Shown in pieces: positions 36,302 through 46,509 of a stretch of DNA of 63,492 nt. The number at the start of each line of letters is the position of its first letter. Within the stretch, counting starts at the first letter, position 1. The notes below the pieces were generated by a model. That model ran no database searches. It had not been told where the DNA came from and was given only the letters and a program-made list of their open reading frames with translations. The translations under genes were made by a program, and so were the position numbers. This stretch comes from an uncultured Clostridiaceae bacterium (GTDB lineage: Bacteria > Bacillota > Clostridia > Monoglobales > Firm-18). Location: contig CAYVWT010000001.1 of NCBI GenBank assembly GCA_964455565.1, positions 1-63,492 of the forward strand, read 5' to 3'.

Positions 36302-36841
36302 CTATTTTCCATAAATAGAACGCTTTAACGCCCCTATGTATGGTAGATTTCTATATTTATCTGCGAAATCAAGACCATAACCAACAACAAATTCATCTGG
36401 CACTTCAAAGCCAACATAATCTGCATCAAATTTCACCATTCGCCTTGATGGTTTGCTAAGCATAGTCACTACCTTTATGCTGTTCGCACCCCTCTTGGCA
36501 AGTAGCTTTTGAAGTGTTGATAGGGTTACGCCTGTGTCAATAATGTCCTCTATAACAAGCACATCTTTGCCCTTAATGTCAACGTCCAAATCCTTTTTAA
36601 TTGTTAGCTTTCCAGAGGATATAGTTTCCATTCCATAGCTCGACACGCTCATAAATTCAATGGTTACAGCCATTTTTAAATAACGAATAATATCTGCTGC
36701 AAAAAAGGCACTACCTTTTAAAACAAATATAGCAACAATGGGCCTATCACCATAAAATTCGTTAATCTCTTTCGTTAATTCTTGAACACGCTTTGCAATT
36801 TGCTGTTCGGTGAAAAGCACCTTTTCTATGTCATTTGTCAT
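36302..36841 (-). CDS. hpt: hypoxanthine phosphoribosyltransferase
   Basis: PRPP motif VLVIEDIIDTGVT. Start MTNDIEK at 36841, overlapping the tilS end. Confidence 0.95.
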   Translation of the reverse strand: MTNDIEKVLFTEQQIAKRVQELTKEINEFYGDRPIVAIFVLKGSAFFAADIIRYLKMAVTIEFMSVSSYGMETISSGKLTIKKDLDVDIKGKDVLVIEDIIDTGVTLSTLQKLLAKRGANSIKVVTMLSKPSRRMVKFDADYVGFEVPDEFVVGYGLDFADKYRNLPYIGALKRSIYGK

Positions 36842-37814
36842 TTGATTGCACCCCATTAATAGTTATTATACCACTATCAAGTGATACATTAATCCCACCT
36901 GGTAAAATAGTGCATTTGCCACCATAATTTTTTTCTGCAATTGAAATAATTGAATCAATATGCACAAGCCCAATTTCTTTTTCAACCTCTTTTGGTAGGG
37001 CAAGCCTTAAAAGTCTACGTTTTATTGCAAGTGGCAGGGGGTTAAAGCTTTTTACTTCTATCCTTGCTGAATTTTCATTAAATAATATATATTTATCCAC
37101 AATGGTGTTAGTATATTCCTGCAAAAATTCTTCTTCGGTGGCTAATATTTGTATAGTCCGTGAAATCGTGTCAATCCCTGCTCTTTGCAAAATAGGTGGC
37201 ATTACGTTATGACGAATATCGTTCCTTTTATAATTGTCTTCAAAATTTGTAATATCTATTCGTGGAGTTAAATTATTTCCCACGCAATATTCCTCAATTT
37301 CCTGCCTGCTAATTTCTATCATTGGGCGAATAATTTTGCCCCTAATTGGCTTTATTCCTGTTAACCCACTTAGCCCACTTCCACGCATTAGGTGCATAAA
37401 AAAGGATTCTGCACTGTCATTTGCACTATGTGCAGTTGCTACCACGCTATTTGGAATTTGCTCTATTAGGCTGTCAAAATAATTATAGCGAACCTCTCGT
37501 CCTGCTGTTTCAAAGGAAATTTTATGCTCCTTTGAATATTGCAAAACGTCTACTTTTTCGCTAAATGCCTTAATTCCTAAGATGTTGCAAGTGTTATGGA
37601 AAAACTGCTCGTCCTCATCTGCCTCATCACGAAAGCTATGGTTAACGTGCGCCGCACACAGCTTGAAGCCACGAAGTGCACGCAAATCATTCAAAATACT
37701 TAGCATACAAAGTGAATCGTGCCCACCAGAAACAGCCGCAATTACTACCGTTCCCTTTTTAATCATATTAAATTTATCTATCGTAAGTAAAACCTTTTTC
37801 TCTAACCTATTCAT
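36831..37814 (-). CDS. tilS: tRNA(Ile)-lysidine synthetase (short form)
   Basis: PP-loop SGGHDS. tilS-hpt-ftsH order is conserved in Firmicutes. Confidence 0.92.
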   Translation of the reverse strand: MNRLEKKVLLTIDKFNMIKKGTVVIAAVSGGHDSLCMLSILNDLRALRGFKLCAAHVNHSFRDEADEDEQFFHNTCNILGIKAFSEKVDVLQYSKEHKISFETAGREVRYNYFDSLIEQIPNSVVATAHSANDSAESFFMHLMRGSGLSGLTGIKPIRGKIIRPMIEISRQEIEEYCVGNNLTPRIDITNFEDNYKRNDIRHNVMPPILQRAGIDTISRTIQILATEEEFLQEYTNTIVDKYILFNENSARIEVKSFNPLPLAIKRRLLRLALPKEVEKEIGLVHIDSIISIAEKNYGGKCTILPGGINVSLDSGIITINGVQSNDK

Positions 37815-37817
37815 TTC

Positions 37818-39164
37818 TTACCCTTCTCGGTGTTCAGTATCTATTGACATAAAACGAGTAAATTCTCCCTGCCATTTTAGATGAACCCTGCCTGTTTCAC
37901 CACTACGATGCTTAGCGATAATAACCTCTGCCTCACCTGGGAATTCGCTATCCTCCGGGTGATAATAATCATCACGGTACAGCATCATTACAATATCTGC
38001 ATCTTGCTCTATCGCACCAGACTCACGAAGGTCTGAAAGCATAGGCCTTTTATCCTGACGTTGTTCACTTGCACGGCTTAATTGCGAAAGTGCTACAACC
38101 GGAATTTGCATATCCTTTGCAAGCATTTTAAGCGAGCGAGATATTTCCGAAATTTCCTGCTGACGGTTATCCGTACGTCTTGAAGCCTGCATTAGCTGAA
38201 TATGGTCGACAATTATTAAATCTAACCCATGCTCTGCTGATAGCCTTCTGCATTTTGCACGCATTTCCATTACAGAGGTTGCCGCTGTATCATCAATATA
38301 TATAGGTGCTTGTGATAGTATGGAAAGCGCAGTTGTAAGCTGTGCCCAATCGTTAGGCTGCATTTTTCCTTCTTTAATTTTGCTACTTTCTATCATTGCC
38401 TCTGAAAACCAAATTCTATTAACAATTTCCTCTTTACTCATCTCTAAGCTGAAAATTGCTACCTTAGAATTCTTTTTAAGTGCGGCGTGTTGGGCTATGT
38501 TAAGCGCAAAGCTCGTCTTACCCATAGCAGGCCTTGCCGCCACAAGTATTAGGTTTGATTTATTAAGCCCAGATAAAATATCATCTAACCTGCCAAAGCC
38601 AGTAGGCACACCTGTTATCTTTGTTTTACTTGCCGCTTGCTCGGATAGGTGTGCAAAATTTACAGAAAGTATATCTCGAATTGGAATAAAACCAGACATA
38701 TCACGGTTTTGTGCTATGTCAAATATTTTTTGTTCTGATAAGTCAATTATTTTCTCTGTTGCTTCCTCACCCTCATAGGCAAGGCTTGAAATTTCGTTTG
38801 CTGTTTCTATTAGTCGCCTTCGTGTTGCATAGTCTGACACAATTTTTGCATAATGTCGTACGTTGGCACTTGTTGGAACTGCTGTTGCAATTTCAACAAG
38901 ATACATCTCACCACCGATTTTATCAAACGTACCCCGCCTTTTAAGCTGTTCTGCAAGAGTGATTACGTCTATCGGCCTGTCTATATTAAATAGGTCTAAA
39001 ACTGCCTCGAATACTTCTTTATTGCGTGGGTCATAAAAGCCTGTGGGTTGCACAAGCTGCATAACAGAGCCAACACAATTCCTGTCAAGTAGCATTGCGC
39101 CTAAGACAGATTGTTCTGCCGCCTCGTTATATGGAGTTACCTTTACAATTGAGGTATCCATCAA
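37818..39164 (-). CDS. dnaB: replicative DNA helicase (DnaB/DnaC type)
   Basis: Walker [11 protein letters not shown], RecA-like C-terminal domain, N-terminal DnaB domain. Confidence 0.97.
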   Translation of the reverse strand: MMDTSIVKVTPYNEAAEQSVLGAMLLDRNCVGSVMQLVQPTGFYDPRNKEVFEAVLDLFNIDRPIDVITLAEQLKRRGTFDKIGGEMYLVEIATAVPTSANVRHYAKIVSDYATRRRLIETANEISSLAYEGEEATEKIIDLSEQKIFDIAQNRDMSGFIPIRDILSVNFAHLSEQAASKTKITGVPTGFGRLDDILSGLNKSNLILVAARPAMGKTSFALNIAQHAALKKNSKVAIFSLEMSKEEIVNRIWFSEAMIESSKIKEGKMQPNDWAQLTTALSILSQAPIYIDDTAATSVMEMRAKCRRLSAEHGLDLIIVDHIQLMQASRRTDNRQQEISEISRSLKMLAKDMQIPVVALSQLSRASEQRQDKRPMLSDLRESGAIEQDADIVMMLYRDDYYHPEDSEFPGEAEVIIAKHRSGETGRVHLKWQGEFTRFMSIDTEHREG

Positions 39165-39607
39165 CCTTCCTCCACCACAACTTTAATGCTTGAAGTAACC
39201 TGTGGGTGTAACCATACAGGCACGTCCTGAGTTCCTGTTGTTTTAATACCCTCGTGTGCATCTATCCAACGCTTGTCCAGCTTGATTTTATGTTGTTTTT
39301 CCAAAACCTCTGCAATATCCTTTGCTGTTACCGAACCAAAAAGCTTGCCACTTGCGCCTGCTTTTGCTTTAATCTTTACTTCTAATTGCTTTAACCTTTC
39401 AGAAAGCTTTTTAGCGGCTTCAAGCTCAGCCTCCTTACGGTGCAGGCTTGCCTCGTGCTTGCCCTTTAAAACATTTAGGTTTGTAGCAGTTGCCTCGATT
39501 GCAATGCCTTTTGGGAAAAGCGAATTGCGTGCAAAGCCATCTGCAACGGTTACTATTTCACCCTTTTTTCCTGTTCCTTTTAAATCCTGCAATAATATTA
39601 TCTTCAA
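39161..39607 (-). CDS. rplI: 50S ribosomal protein L9
   Basis: [20 protein letters not shown]-terminus. Confidence 0.97.
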   Translation of the reverse strand: MKIILLQDLKGTGKKGEIVTVADGFARNSLFPKGIAIEATATNLNVLKGKHEASLHRKEAELEAAKKLSERLKQLEVKIKAKAGASGKLFGSVTAKDIAEVLEKQHKIKLDKRWIDAHEGIKTTGTQDVPVWLHPQVTSSIKVVVEEG

Positions 39608-39619
39608 TGTATTATCCCC

Positions 39620-41602
39620 CTACTCCTCTACTTTATCTATAGCATTTTTCAACATTTCAACTGCTCTATTCATTGAAATACCTTGTAATTGTGCGCCTGC
39701 GACAGTCATATGACCACCGCCGCCTAAAACCTCTAATACAATTTGAACATTAAAACTACCAAGTGAACGCGCACTTATAATTACTTTATCATCATTTTTG
39801 CAAAGCACAAATGATGCAGTTATTCCAGATATATTAAGCAACTCATCTGCCGCTTGGCTGGTTATTAAATTCGCCTGTTGCTCTTCCTCATTCCATACAG
39901 AGATTGCAATAATGTCTTTGTAAATTTCAGCATTTGAAACAATTCTTGCCTTTTTAATATATGTTTCAATATCGTTTTGGAAAAGACGCTTTACAGCAGT
40001 TGTATCAACACCCATTCTTCGCAGGAATGATGCTGCCTCGAATGTTCTTACCCCTGTTTTTAAGGTAAAGTTTTTTGTATCAAGCGTTATGCCAGAATAC
40101 AAGGCCTGTGCTTCGTTTGCTGATATTTTAGGGTTTTCCTCCATATATTGAATAATTTCAGTTACCATTTCACTTGCCGATGATGCATACGGTTCGTGAT
40201 ATGTCAAAACTGCATCATCTATAAATTCTGTTCCACGCCTATGATGGTCTATTAAAACAATATCTTCTATTAAATTTAATAGCTTTGGTGATTCTGTATA
40301 GCTTGGATTGTGAGTATCTACAACAATTAAAAGTGAATTATCTGAATACATTTGAAGTGCCTGTGCCTCTGAAATAACAAGCTCTTTGTAGCCTTCGTCA
40401 TTTTCTACACTATTCAAAAGCCCCTTTGCAACGCCATGAATTGGCGCAGAAACTATATATGGCCTTACGCCACGGTTTAGTACCATTCTACAAAGCCCTA
40501 TTGATGCGCCCATACTATCGGCATCTGCATTGCGATGCCCCATAATAAATACTTCACTTGCTTGGTCTATAAGCTCTCTAAGGGCATACGCAACAACCCT
40601 TGGTTTAACCTTTGTATTTTTTTCAAAGCTTTCAGAATGTCCTCCAAAGAAACGAAAATGCTCGGAGTCCTTTATTGCTACTTGGTCACCGCCACGCCCT
40701 AATGCCATATCGACCGATGCCCTTGCAAATGCGTCGCTTTTGCAGATACTATCACCCTTACCAATGCCTATGCTTAATGTAACAGGAATTTTGTTGCCAA
40801 CACTTATCTCGTGAACCCTATCTAATATGTCAAATTTTTTCTCTATCGCTTCATCAAGGTTTTGATTTTGAAATATTACATAATATTTATCCTTTTCATA
40901 TTTCCTTGCAACACCACAAACTCCACTTACCCAACCATTAATCATTTGCTCTATTGTTGCAGAAAGGTGTGCATGCTCGGAATCCGGGGTATTTTTAAGC
41001 AATTCATCATAATTATCCACGATTAAAACACAGGAAATAGCTTGAACATTCTCAAACTTCTTTAAATTCTCACGCTCTAATGTGCGGTCTATCCAATATA
41101 GCACGATAGAATAATTTTTAGCCTGTTTATCCATAAATTCCACTACATTTCCTACCACTTGATAATACTTATCATTATGGTCTACAAATATAGAAATATC
41201 ATTTTTATTTTCTAAAATTTTTAGAATTTGAACATCTGGCACAACAGCTTGTATTGGCTGTTCAATTGCATTTGCCTGCACTATATCAGAAAATTTTCGA
41301 TTGCACCACATCACTGTTCCAGAAAGGCTTAGAACCATCATTGGAAGAGGAAAATTTATCATTGAATCTTTTGTTGCATTATCTAAATGAAATGTTAAAT
41401 TTTCAATATAGCTTGCAATTTGCTGTTGCTTTGTTTTTTTATTTGTGATGTAGTAAACAGAAAGTGCACCAGCAACAATAATTTCACCTGTTGCTACATA
41501 GTACTGTCCTGCGATAATTGTGGCAATTACAAACATAGCAATAACTACAAAATATATCCTTACACCCATTATTAGCTTTGTAAAAAACCGTTTATTGTCC
41601 AT
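39620..41602 (-). CDS. gdpP: cyclic-di-AMP phosphodiesterase GdpP (DHH/DHHA1, YybT-like)
   Basis: Two N-terminal TM segments, PAS-like and degenerate GGDEF region, DHH (DHHRRG) and GGGH DHHA1 motifs. yybS-yybT-rplI-dnaB synteny. Confidence 0.9.
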   Translation of the reverse strand: MDNKRFFTKLIMGVRIYFVVIAMFVIATIIAGQYYVATGEIIVAGALSVYYITNKKTKQQQIASYIENLTFHLDNATKDSMINFPLPMMVLSLSGTVMWCNRKFSDIVQANAIEQPIQAVVPDVQILKILENKNDISIFVDHNDKYYQVVGNVVEFMDKQAKNYSIVLYWIDRTLERENLKKFENVQAISCVLIVDNYDELLKNTPDSEHAHLSATIEQMINGWVSGVCGVARKYEKDKYYVIFQNQNLDEAIEKKFDILDRVHEISVGNKIPVTLSIGIGKGDSICKSDAFARASVDMALGRGGDQVAIKDSEHFRFFGGHSESFEKNTKVKPRVVAYALRELIDQASEVFIMGHRNADADSMGASIGLCRMVLNRGVRPYIVSAPIHGVAKGLLNSVENDEGYKELVISEAQALQMYSDNSLLIVVDTHNPSYTESPKLLNLIEDIVLIDHHRRGTEFIDDAVLTYHEPYASSASEMVTEIIQYMEENPKISANEAQALYSGITLDTKNFTLKTGVRTFEAASFLRRMGVDTTAVKRLFQNDIETYIKKARIVSNAEIYKDIIAISVWNEEEQQANLITSQAADELLNISGITASFVLCKNDDKVIISARSLGSFNVQIVLEVLGGGGHMTVAGAQLQGISMNRAVEMLKNAIDKVEE

Positions 41603-42395
41603 CTTGTTCCCTCCTCGGGCTTAGCTTTCGGAAATCAAAAAAAGAATCGATTGTTGCCGCAAAAACCAATAAATAAATTATTATGGAGGATAACCAAAAC
41701 CCCACAACAAGAATTGCTACATATATTAACATTCTTGCCCAGCTGTTGTCAACTTTCTTGCGCACTTGAAAATCGAATAACGAAAAACCACATACTGCCA
41801 TAGCACCCATAATAACTACTGCAATGTTTAAAAATGCTGCATTAATCTTAGGAAGTGGGAAAGCAGAAGCACCAATTAGTGAAACTAAAAGTGCAATTAT
41901 AGTAGTTTTAGAAATTTTAAACTCACAAAACATAGGGAAATTTGAAACGTCAAATTTAAAAAGCCCTAATATTAGCTTAATTACCATAAAAGCCACAAAG
42001 CTAAATGCAAGCATTGAAAGTATCATAATTGCTGGAAAAAGCAGCATATACATATTTGATATATAGGTTAGTATATTCCCTATTTCACCACGAAAGGCTG
42101 TTGCATTTTCTACTGCTATATTACCAAGCATTTTTTGTAGCTGATCAACTGGAACCGTTTCAAAGGTTTCTCTAACCTGTGCAAAGCTTTCATTTATTAC
42201 AATATTTATTATGTTTTGCCCAAGTTTCATATTTAACTCTGAAATTGACGCAACAAAAGAAAGCACCATTGCCCCTGACGAAAGGAGCACACCCTGCAAA
42301 AATTGAAGCCTGCCCCTAAATGTTAAAATCATTATAGGTATAACAGATGCCATCATTATAAATGAAACTATAGATAATATTGTTGAAATCATCAC
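41592..42395 (-). CDS. DUF2232 (YybS-like) membrane protein
   Basis: Polytopic membrane protein immediately upstream of gdpP, as for B. subtilis yybS. Confidence 0.75.
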   Translation of the reverse strand: MMISTILSIVSFIMMASVIPIMILTFRGRLQFLQGVLLSSGAMVLSFVASISELNMKLGQNIINIVINESFAQVRETFETVPVDQLQKMLGNIAVENATAFRGEIGNILTYISNMYMLLFPAIMILSMLAFSFVAFMVIKLILGLFKFDVSNFPMFCEFKISKTTIIALLVSLIGASAFPLPKINAAFLNIAVVIMGAMAVCGFSLFDFQVRKKVDNSWARMLIYVAILVVGFWLSSIIIYLLVFAATIDSFFDFRKLSPRREQDGQ

Positions 42396-42577
42396 TCGTT
42401 TACCTCGTACTATATATTAAAGAATATTATACCATTATAATTTATTAAAAGCAAATATATTGACGATTTATGTAAAAAATTTTATATAAATAATTACCAT
42501 AATATGACAATTCTCACTTTGTGTTTATACTATAATAAATAGACAGGCTATTATACTTATGATAAGGAGGTTTATTT

Positions 42578-44914
42578 GTGGAAAAAAGTAGCGTTTTATC
42601 ACAATATACCATAACCAAAAAACGGTTTTTAACAATTAGGAGTTCGCTTGGTGGCGCTATAAGCTTTTTGCTTGGGCGAGCAGTTATATTTGGTGTGATT
42701 TCACCATTTGGTCTTGCATACCTTGCGGCGTATGTTGGGAATAACCCAACAAAATCTTGGCAATGTGTTATAGTTGCCCTGCTTGCGCTTGGTGGTGCAC
42801 TTACTGCTGGCTTTGATGTGGTTTTTATAAAGTATATGCTTGCCTTTGTGCTTTTTGGGCTTATATATATAGCAGTGACGACCCTAACAGACAGCCGAAA
42901 AAATTTTACTGTCGCTGGAATTGCAGGTGCTTCTCTCGCAATTTCAGGCATAGTTTTTGCCTCGCAAACTGGGTTTGTAGCGTATGATTTAATAATGCTT
43001 GCTATTGAATCTGCCCTTTGTACCGTTTTTACACTTATTATTCAAAAATCGCTCCCTATGGTTTACACAACATTTGGCACAAGGCAGGTACAAACCGAGG
43101 AGCTTATTGGGCTTTACGTCCTGCTTGCACTATCAGTTTTAGGCTTTAATGGGCTTTCGGTTACAGGAATATCTATTGGAAACTCCCTTGCGGCGCTTGT
43201 TATTATGGTTGTTGCTCTTGTGGGAGGTGTGTCCGTTGGCGCTACTGGTGCTATTGGTGTTGGAATAATATGCTCGATGAATTCATTCCCCGCAACGGAG
43301 CTTTTAGGTGTGTATGGTTTTTGTGGGCTTGTAGCAGGAATTATGAGCAAATTTAACCGTGCAGGTATTATTCTTGGTTTTGTAGTCGCAAATTCTGCAC
43401 TTTCTTTATACTATGGTGGCTTTGACGGTGGTGTATTTACTATTTTCGAGCTTACACTTGCCACCTTATTATTCTGTTCCATTCCAAAATCAATAATAAT
43501 AGAATTAGAGCAGTTAGTTGCTAAAAGTAGGTCAAGTAGCACAGTTACACAAAAATCTATTGATGCTATAACCTCTAAGCTAAACAGTATTTCTGCATCA
43601 TTTGAACATCTTGCTAATACATTTTCAGATATTACAATGCCAAAACAAATTGATAATTTTGCAGATTACACAATCCTATTTGACAAGACAGCCGACAAAA
43701 TATGCAAGCGTTGTGGGCTCAAATTTATTTGTTGGGAGAGGGAATTTAGCTCCACCTACGACGCAATGACAAAGCTTGTCCCAATACTTAAAGAGCGTGA
43801 AGGGGTTAAGGTTACAGATGTTATACCTTACTTTGCAAACAAATGTGTTAAAATAGGCGAATTCATACAGGAATTAAACAGGGTTCATAGCAAATATAAG
43901 TTAGATATGCTATGGCAAAGTAGGGTTAACGAGAGCAAAGGACTTGTTTCGGAGCAGCTTTTGGGTGTCTCTAAAATAATGGATAACCTTGCAAATGAAG
44001 TGGACAAGCAGTTTATATTTGACACTCGCCACGAAAATCAGCTATATATCGAGCTTGAAAAGGCAGGGATTAAATGTAGTGATATTAGTGCTTTTAAAAA
44101 TAGTTATGGCAGATATGAAGTTTCAATAAGAACAAAAGCGTGTGGGGCAGAAAAAAAATGTGATAGCGAAATAATACCAATTGCTTCAAAGGTGCTGGGC
44201 AGGCAGATGTGTAACCAGCAAGAGGCTTGTGGAAGCTTGCAGGGCAGCACAAAATGCACCATTAAACTTATAGAACACGAAAAATACTCTGTAACCTGTG
44301 GTGCAGCAAGGCGCACCAAGGACGGGCAGACAGAATGTGGCGATAATTACAGCTATATGCCTATTTGTGATGGAAAATATGTTCTTGTTTTAAGCGATGG
44401 TATGGGCTGTGGGAAGACAGCCGCAAGCCAATCTAACACAACTATCGAGCTTTTGCAACACTTTTTAAACGCTGGCTTTGACAAGCAAAGTGCAGTTAGA
44501 ATGATAAATTCTGCCCTGCTAATTAAACCTTCAGATGAATGCTTTGCAACAATAGATATAACGGTGCTTGATTTATTTAGTGGTGAGGCAGAATTTATTA
44601 AAATTGGTGCAAATACTACCTATATTAAAAATGAAAATGGCATTCAAAAGATAAATTCAACCTCACTTCCAGCAGGTATTCTTAGCAGTGTTGATATGGA
44701 AACCTCGAAAATGACTGTTAAAAATGGTGATTATATAATTATGCTAAGCGACGGAGTACATAGTGCTTGTGATAACTGGATAGAAGATTTTTTATTAAAT
44801 CACGATTATAATTCCACTCAAATATTTGCTGACGAAATTATTAATGAAGCAATTAAAATTAAAGATGGAAAAATAGACGATGATATGACGGTTATAATCG
44901 CAAGCATTGTATAA
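42578..44914 (+). CDS. spoIIE: stage II sporulation protein E (PP2C phosphatase)
   Basis: About 10 TM segments, a central domain, and C-terminal PP2C (SDGMGCG...DDMTVI). GTG start lies 7 nt after AAGGAGG. Confidence 0.93.
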   Translation: MEKSSVLSQYTITKKRFLTIRSSLGGAISFLLGRAVIFGVISPFGLAYLAAYVGNNPTKSWQCVIVALLALGGALTAGFDVVFIKYMLAFVLFGLIYIAVTTLTDSRKNFTVAGIAGASLAISGIVFASQTGFVAYDLIMLAIESALCTVFTLIIQKSLPMVYTTFGTRQVQTEELIGLYVLLALSVLGFNGLSVTGISIGNSLAALVIMVVALVGGVSVGATGAIGVGIICSMNSFPATELLGVYGFCGLVAGIMSKFNRAGIILGFVVANSALSLYYGGFDGGVFTIFELTLATLLFCSIPKSIIIELEQLVAKSRSSSTVTQKSIDAITSKLNSISASFEHLANTFSDITMPKQIDNFADYTILFDKTADKICKRCGLKFICWEREFSSTYDAMTKLVPILKEREGVKVTDVIPYFANKCVKIGEFIQELNRVHSKYKLDMLWQSRVNESKGLVSEQLLGVSKIMDNLANEVDKQFIFDTRHENQLYIELEKAGIKCSDISAFKNSYGRYEVSIRTKACGAEKKCDSEIIPIASKVLGRQMCNQQEACGSLQGSTKCTIKLIEHEKYSVTCGAARRTKDGQTECGDNYSYMPICDGKYVLVLSDGMGCGKTAASQSNTTIELLQHFLNAGFDKQSAVRMINSALLIKPSDECFATIDITVLDLFSGEAEFIKIGANTTYIKNENGIQKINSTSLPAGILSSVDMETSKMTVKNGDYIIMLSDGVHSACDNWIEDFLLNHDYNSTQIFADEIINEAIKIKDGKIDDDMTVIIASIV

Positions 44915-44915
44915 T

Positions 44916-44988
44916 GGAAAAGTTGCGAAGCAACTCTTTCGCAAGCAAACCCCTAAATGGGGTGAAGATTGCTTGCGTGGGGAAATTA
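44916..44988 (+). repeat. 73-nt structured repeat, copy B
   Basis: Begins 1 nt after the spoIIE stop. Aligns with 18378-18450 gap-free at 57/73. Nested hairpin CGCAAGCAA...ACCCC-TAAAT-GGGGT...TTGCTTGCG. Confidence 0.8.
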
Positions 44989-45088
44989 CATATTTACTTT
45001 TCACATATAAATATTTTATGAGTAATTTCTCAGCAACTGTATAAACTCTCAAAATATGGTAATAATGTGATTAAATGGAGGTATATAT

Positions 45089-45319
45089 ATGACAAACAAA
45101 AGCGCTAAGCGAGTGGTTATAATAAATGACTTAAAAAGTAGCTGTATTGAACAGGCAATTTTTATATTAAAAGATAATGAGCCTTCCGAGTGTAGCACCG
45201 ATATTATGGAGGAGGCAAACCAAATAGTATATAGCTATATTAGGCAGGTTCAGGCAGGGCAATTTAATAGGGATATAACGAAAAAAAATAAATGGTTTAA
45301 ATGGCGAGGGCAGCATTAA
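45089..45319 (+). CDS. hypothetical small protein (76 aa)
   Basis: SD GGAGG lies 8 nt before the ATG and a terminator follows. No family recognised. Confidence 0.55.
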   Translation: MTNKSAKRVVIINDLKSSCIEQAIFILKDNEPSECSTDIMEEANQIVYSYIRQVQAGQFNRDITKKNKWFKWRGQH

Positions 45320-45325
45320 AAAAAT

Positions 45326-45356
45326 GGACTTACTCTAAATAAGTAAGTCCGTTTTT
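45326..45356. terminator. bidirectional terminator hairpin
   Basis: GGACTTACT-CTAAAT-AAGTAAGTCC, with an A-run before and a T-run after. Confidence 0.7.
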
Positions 45357-46501
45357 TAAGCCCTATTCTTCATATCAAGAATTTTTCCCTCATACATACG
45401 CTTACCTGAAACCTTAATATTCAAAGCCTTTTCGTATGCTTTTATAACCGAATATTCCTTTAATGTAACTATTGAAACCGCCAAACCCTTATTCCCATTC
45501 CTGCCAGTTCTTCCTACTCTATGCAGGTATTCCATAGCATTTTGTGGCATTGTCACATTAAATACACACGAAATTTCATCTATATGAAGTCCCCTTGCAG
45601 CAATGTCGGATGCAATTAGAAATTGCAATTTACCTGTTTTAAAATCCTCCATCGTGCGTTTCCTGTCAAGCTTTACGTTTGCACCGTGGATATTTTCAGT
45701 AGGCATTTTATGATAGTTAAGCTTATCGGTCGCCAGTTCAATTTCATCTGCTTGATTTATGAATATCATAGCCCTTTGTGGCTTTAATATCCCTGCAAGC
45801 TTCCTTAGAACCTCAATTTTATCCCTTTGCTCGGCAATAAAATATATGTGCTCAATTGTTTCTGGAACAGAAATCTCGTTTCCAACTGTAATTACTCTTG
45901 CCTCTTTCATAAGCGCTTTTGCCGAATTTACAGTTTCGTCAGAAATTGATGCAGAAAAAAGCAACATTTGCCTATCCTTTAATGTGGTTTTAATAACTGC
46001 TTTAATGCTTTCTAAGTTGTTTTTATCCATCAATTTATCTGCTTCGTCTATTACAATTGTTTTTATTGTATGTGCAGATATTTTCTTTTTCTTAATCAAT
46101 TCCAAAATTCTGCCTGCTGTACCTACAATAATTTGTGGCTTTTCCTTTAATTTTTCTATTTGCCTTAGGATATTCACATTGCCGACAATGGGAACACCAG
46201 TAATTTGCAAGCCAGAATTTTCAGCTAAACGCTCTATTTGGCGTTGTATTTGAACTGCAAGCTCGTGTGTTGGCACTAAAACCAATGTATTCATCTCTTT
46301 TGTCGCTTGTTTAAGCCTTTCAAAGAGAGGCAATAGATATGCTAATGTTTTGCCACTACCTGTTTGCGATTGCACGATTAAGTCTTTATTTTCTAATATT
46401 AAAGGAATTACCATTGCTTGTACATCGGTTGGGGTTACAATATTTTCTTTGTTTAATGCGTCCACAAGCACTTGGCTTAGGTTTTCAAATTTACTTGTCA
46501 T
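45356..46501 (-). CDS. DEAD-box ATP-dependent RNA helicase
   Basis: Q-motif, SQTGSGKT, DEAD (VIDEADKL), SAS, HRVGRTGR. ATG 46501 follows AAGGAG. Confidence 0.93.
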   Translation of the reverse strand: MTSKFENLSQVLVDALNKENIVTPTDVQAMVIPLILENKDLIVQSQTGSGKTLAYLLPLFERLKQATKEMNTLVLVPTHELAVQIQRQIERLAENSGLQITGVPIVGNVNILRQIEKLKEKPQIIVGTAGRILELIKKKKISAHTIKTIVIDEADKLMDKNNLESIKAVIKTTLKDRQMLLFSASISDETVNSAKALMKEARVITVGNEISVPETIEHIYFIAEQRDKIEVLRKLAGILKPQRAMIFINQADEIELATDKLNYHKMPTENIHGANVKLDRKRTMEDFKTGKLQFLIASDIAARGLHIDEISCVFNVTMPQNAMEYLHRVGRTGRNGNKGLAVSIVTLKEYSVIKAYEKALNIKVSGKRMYEGKILDMKNRA

Positions 46502-46509
46502 AATTCTCC

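Noticed and set aside
42396-42577. Spo0A boxes and an unusual 21-bp-spacer promoter upstream of spoIIE (ATGACA-N21-TATAAT).
   Set aside because: Only weak matches to TGTCGAA were seen (for example TGACGAT). The region is so AT-rich that hexamer matches are not informative without a scoring model.
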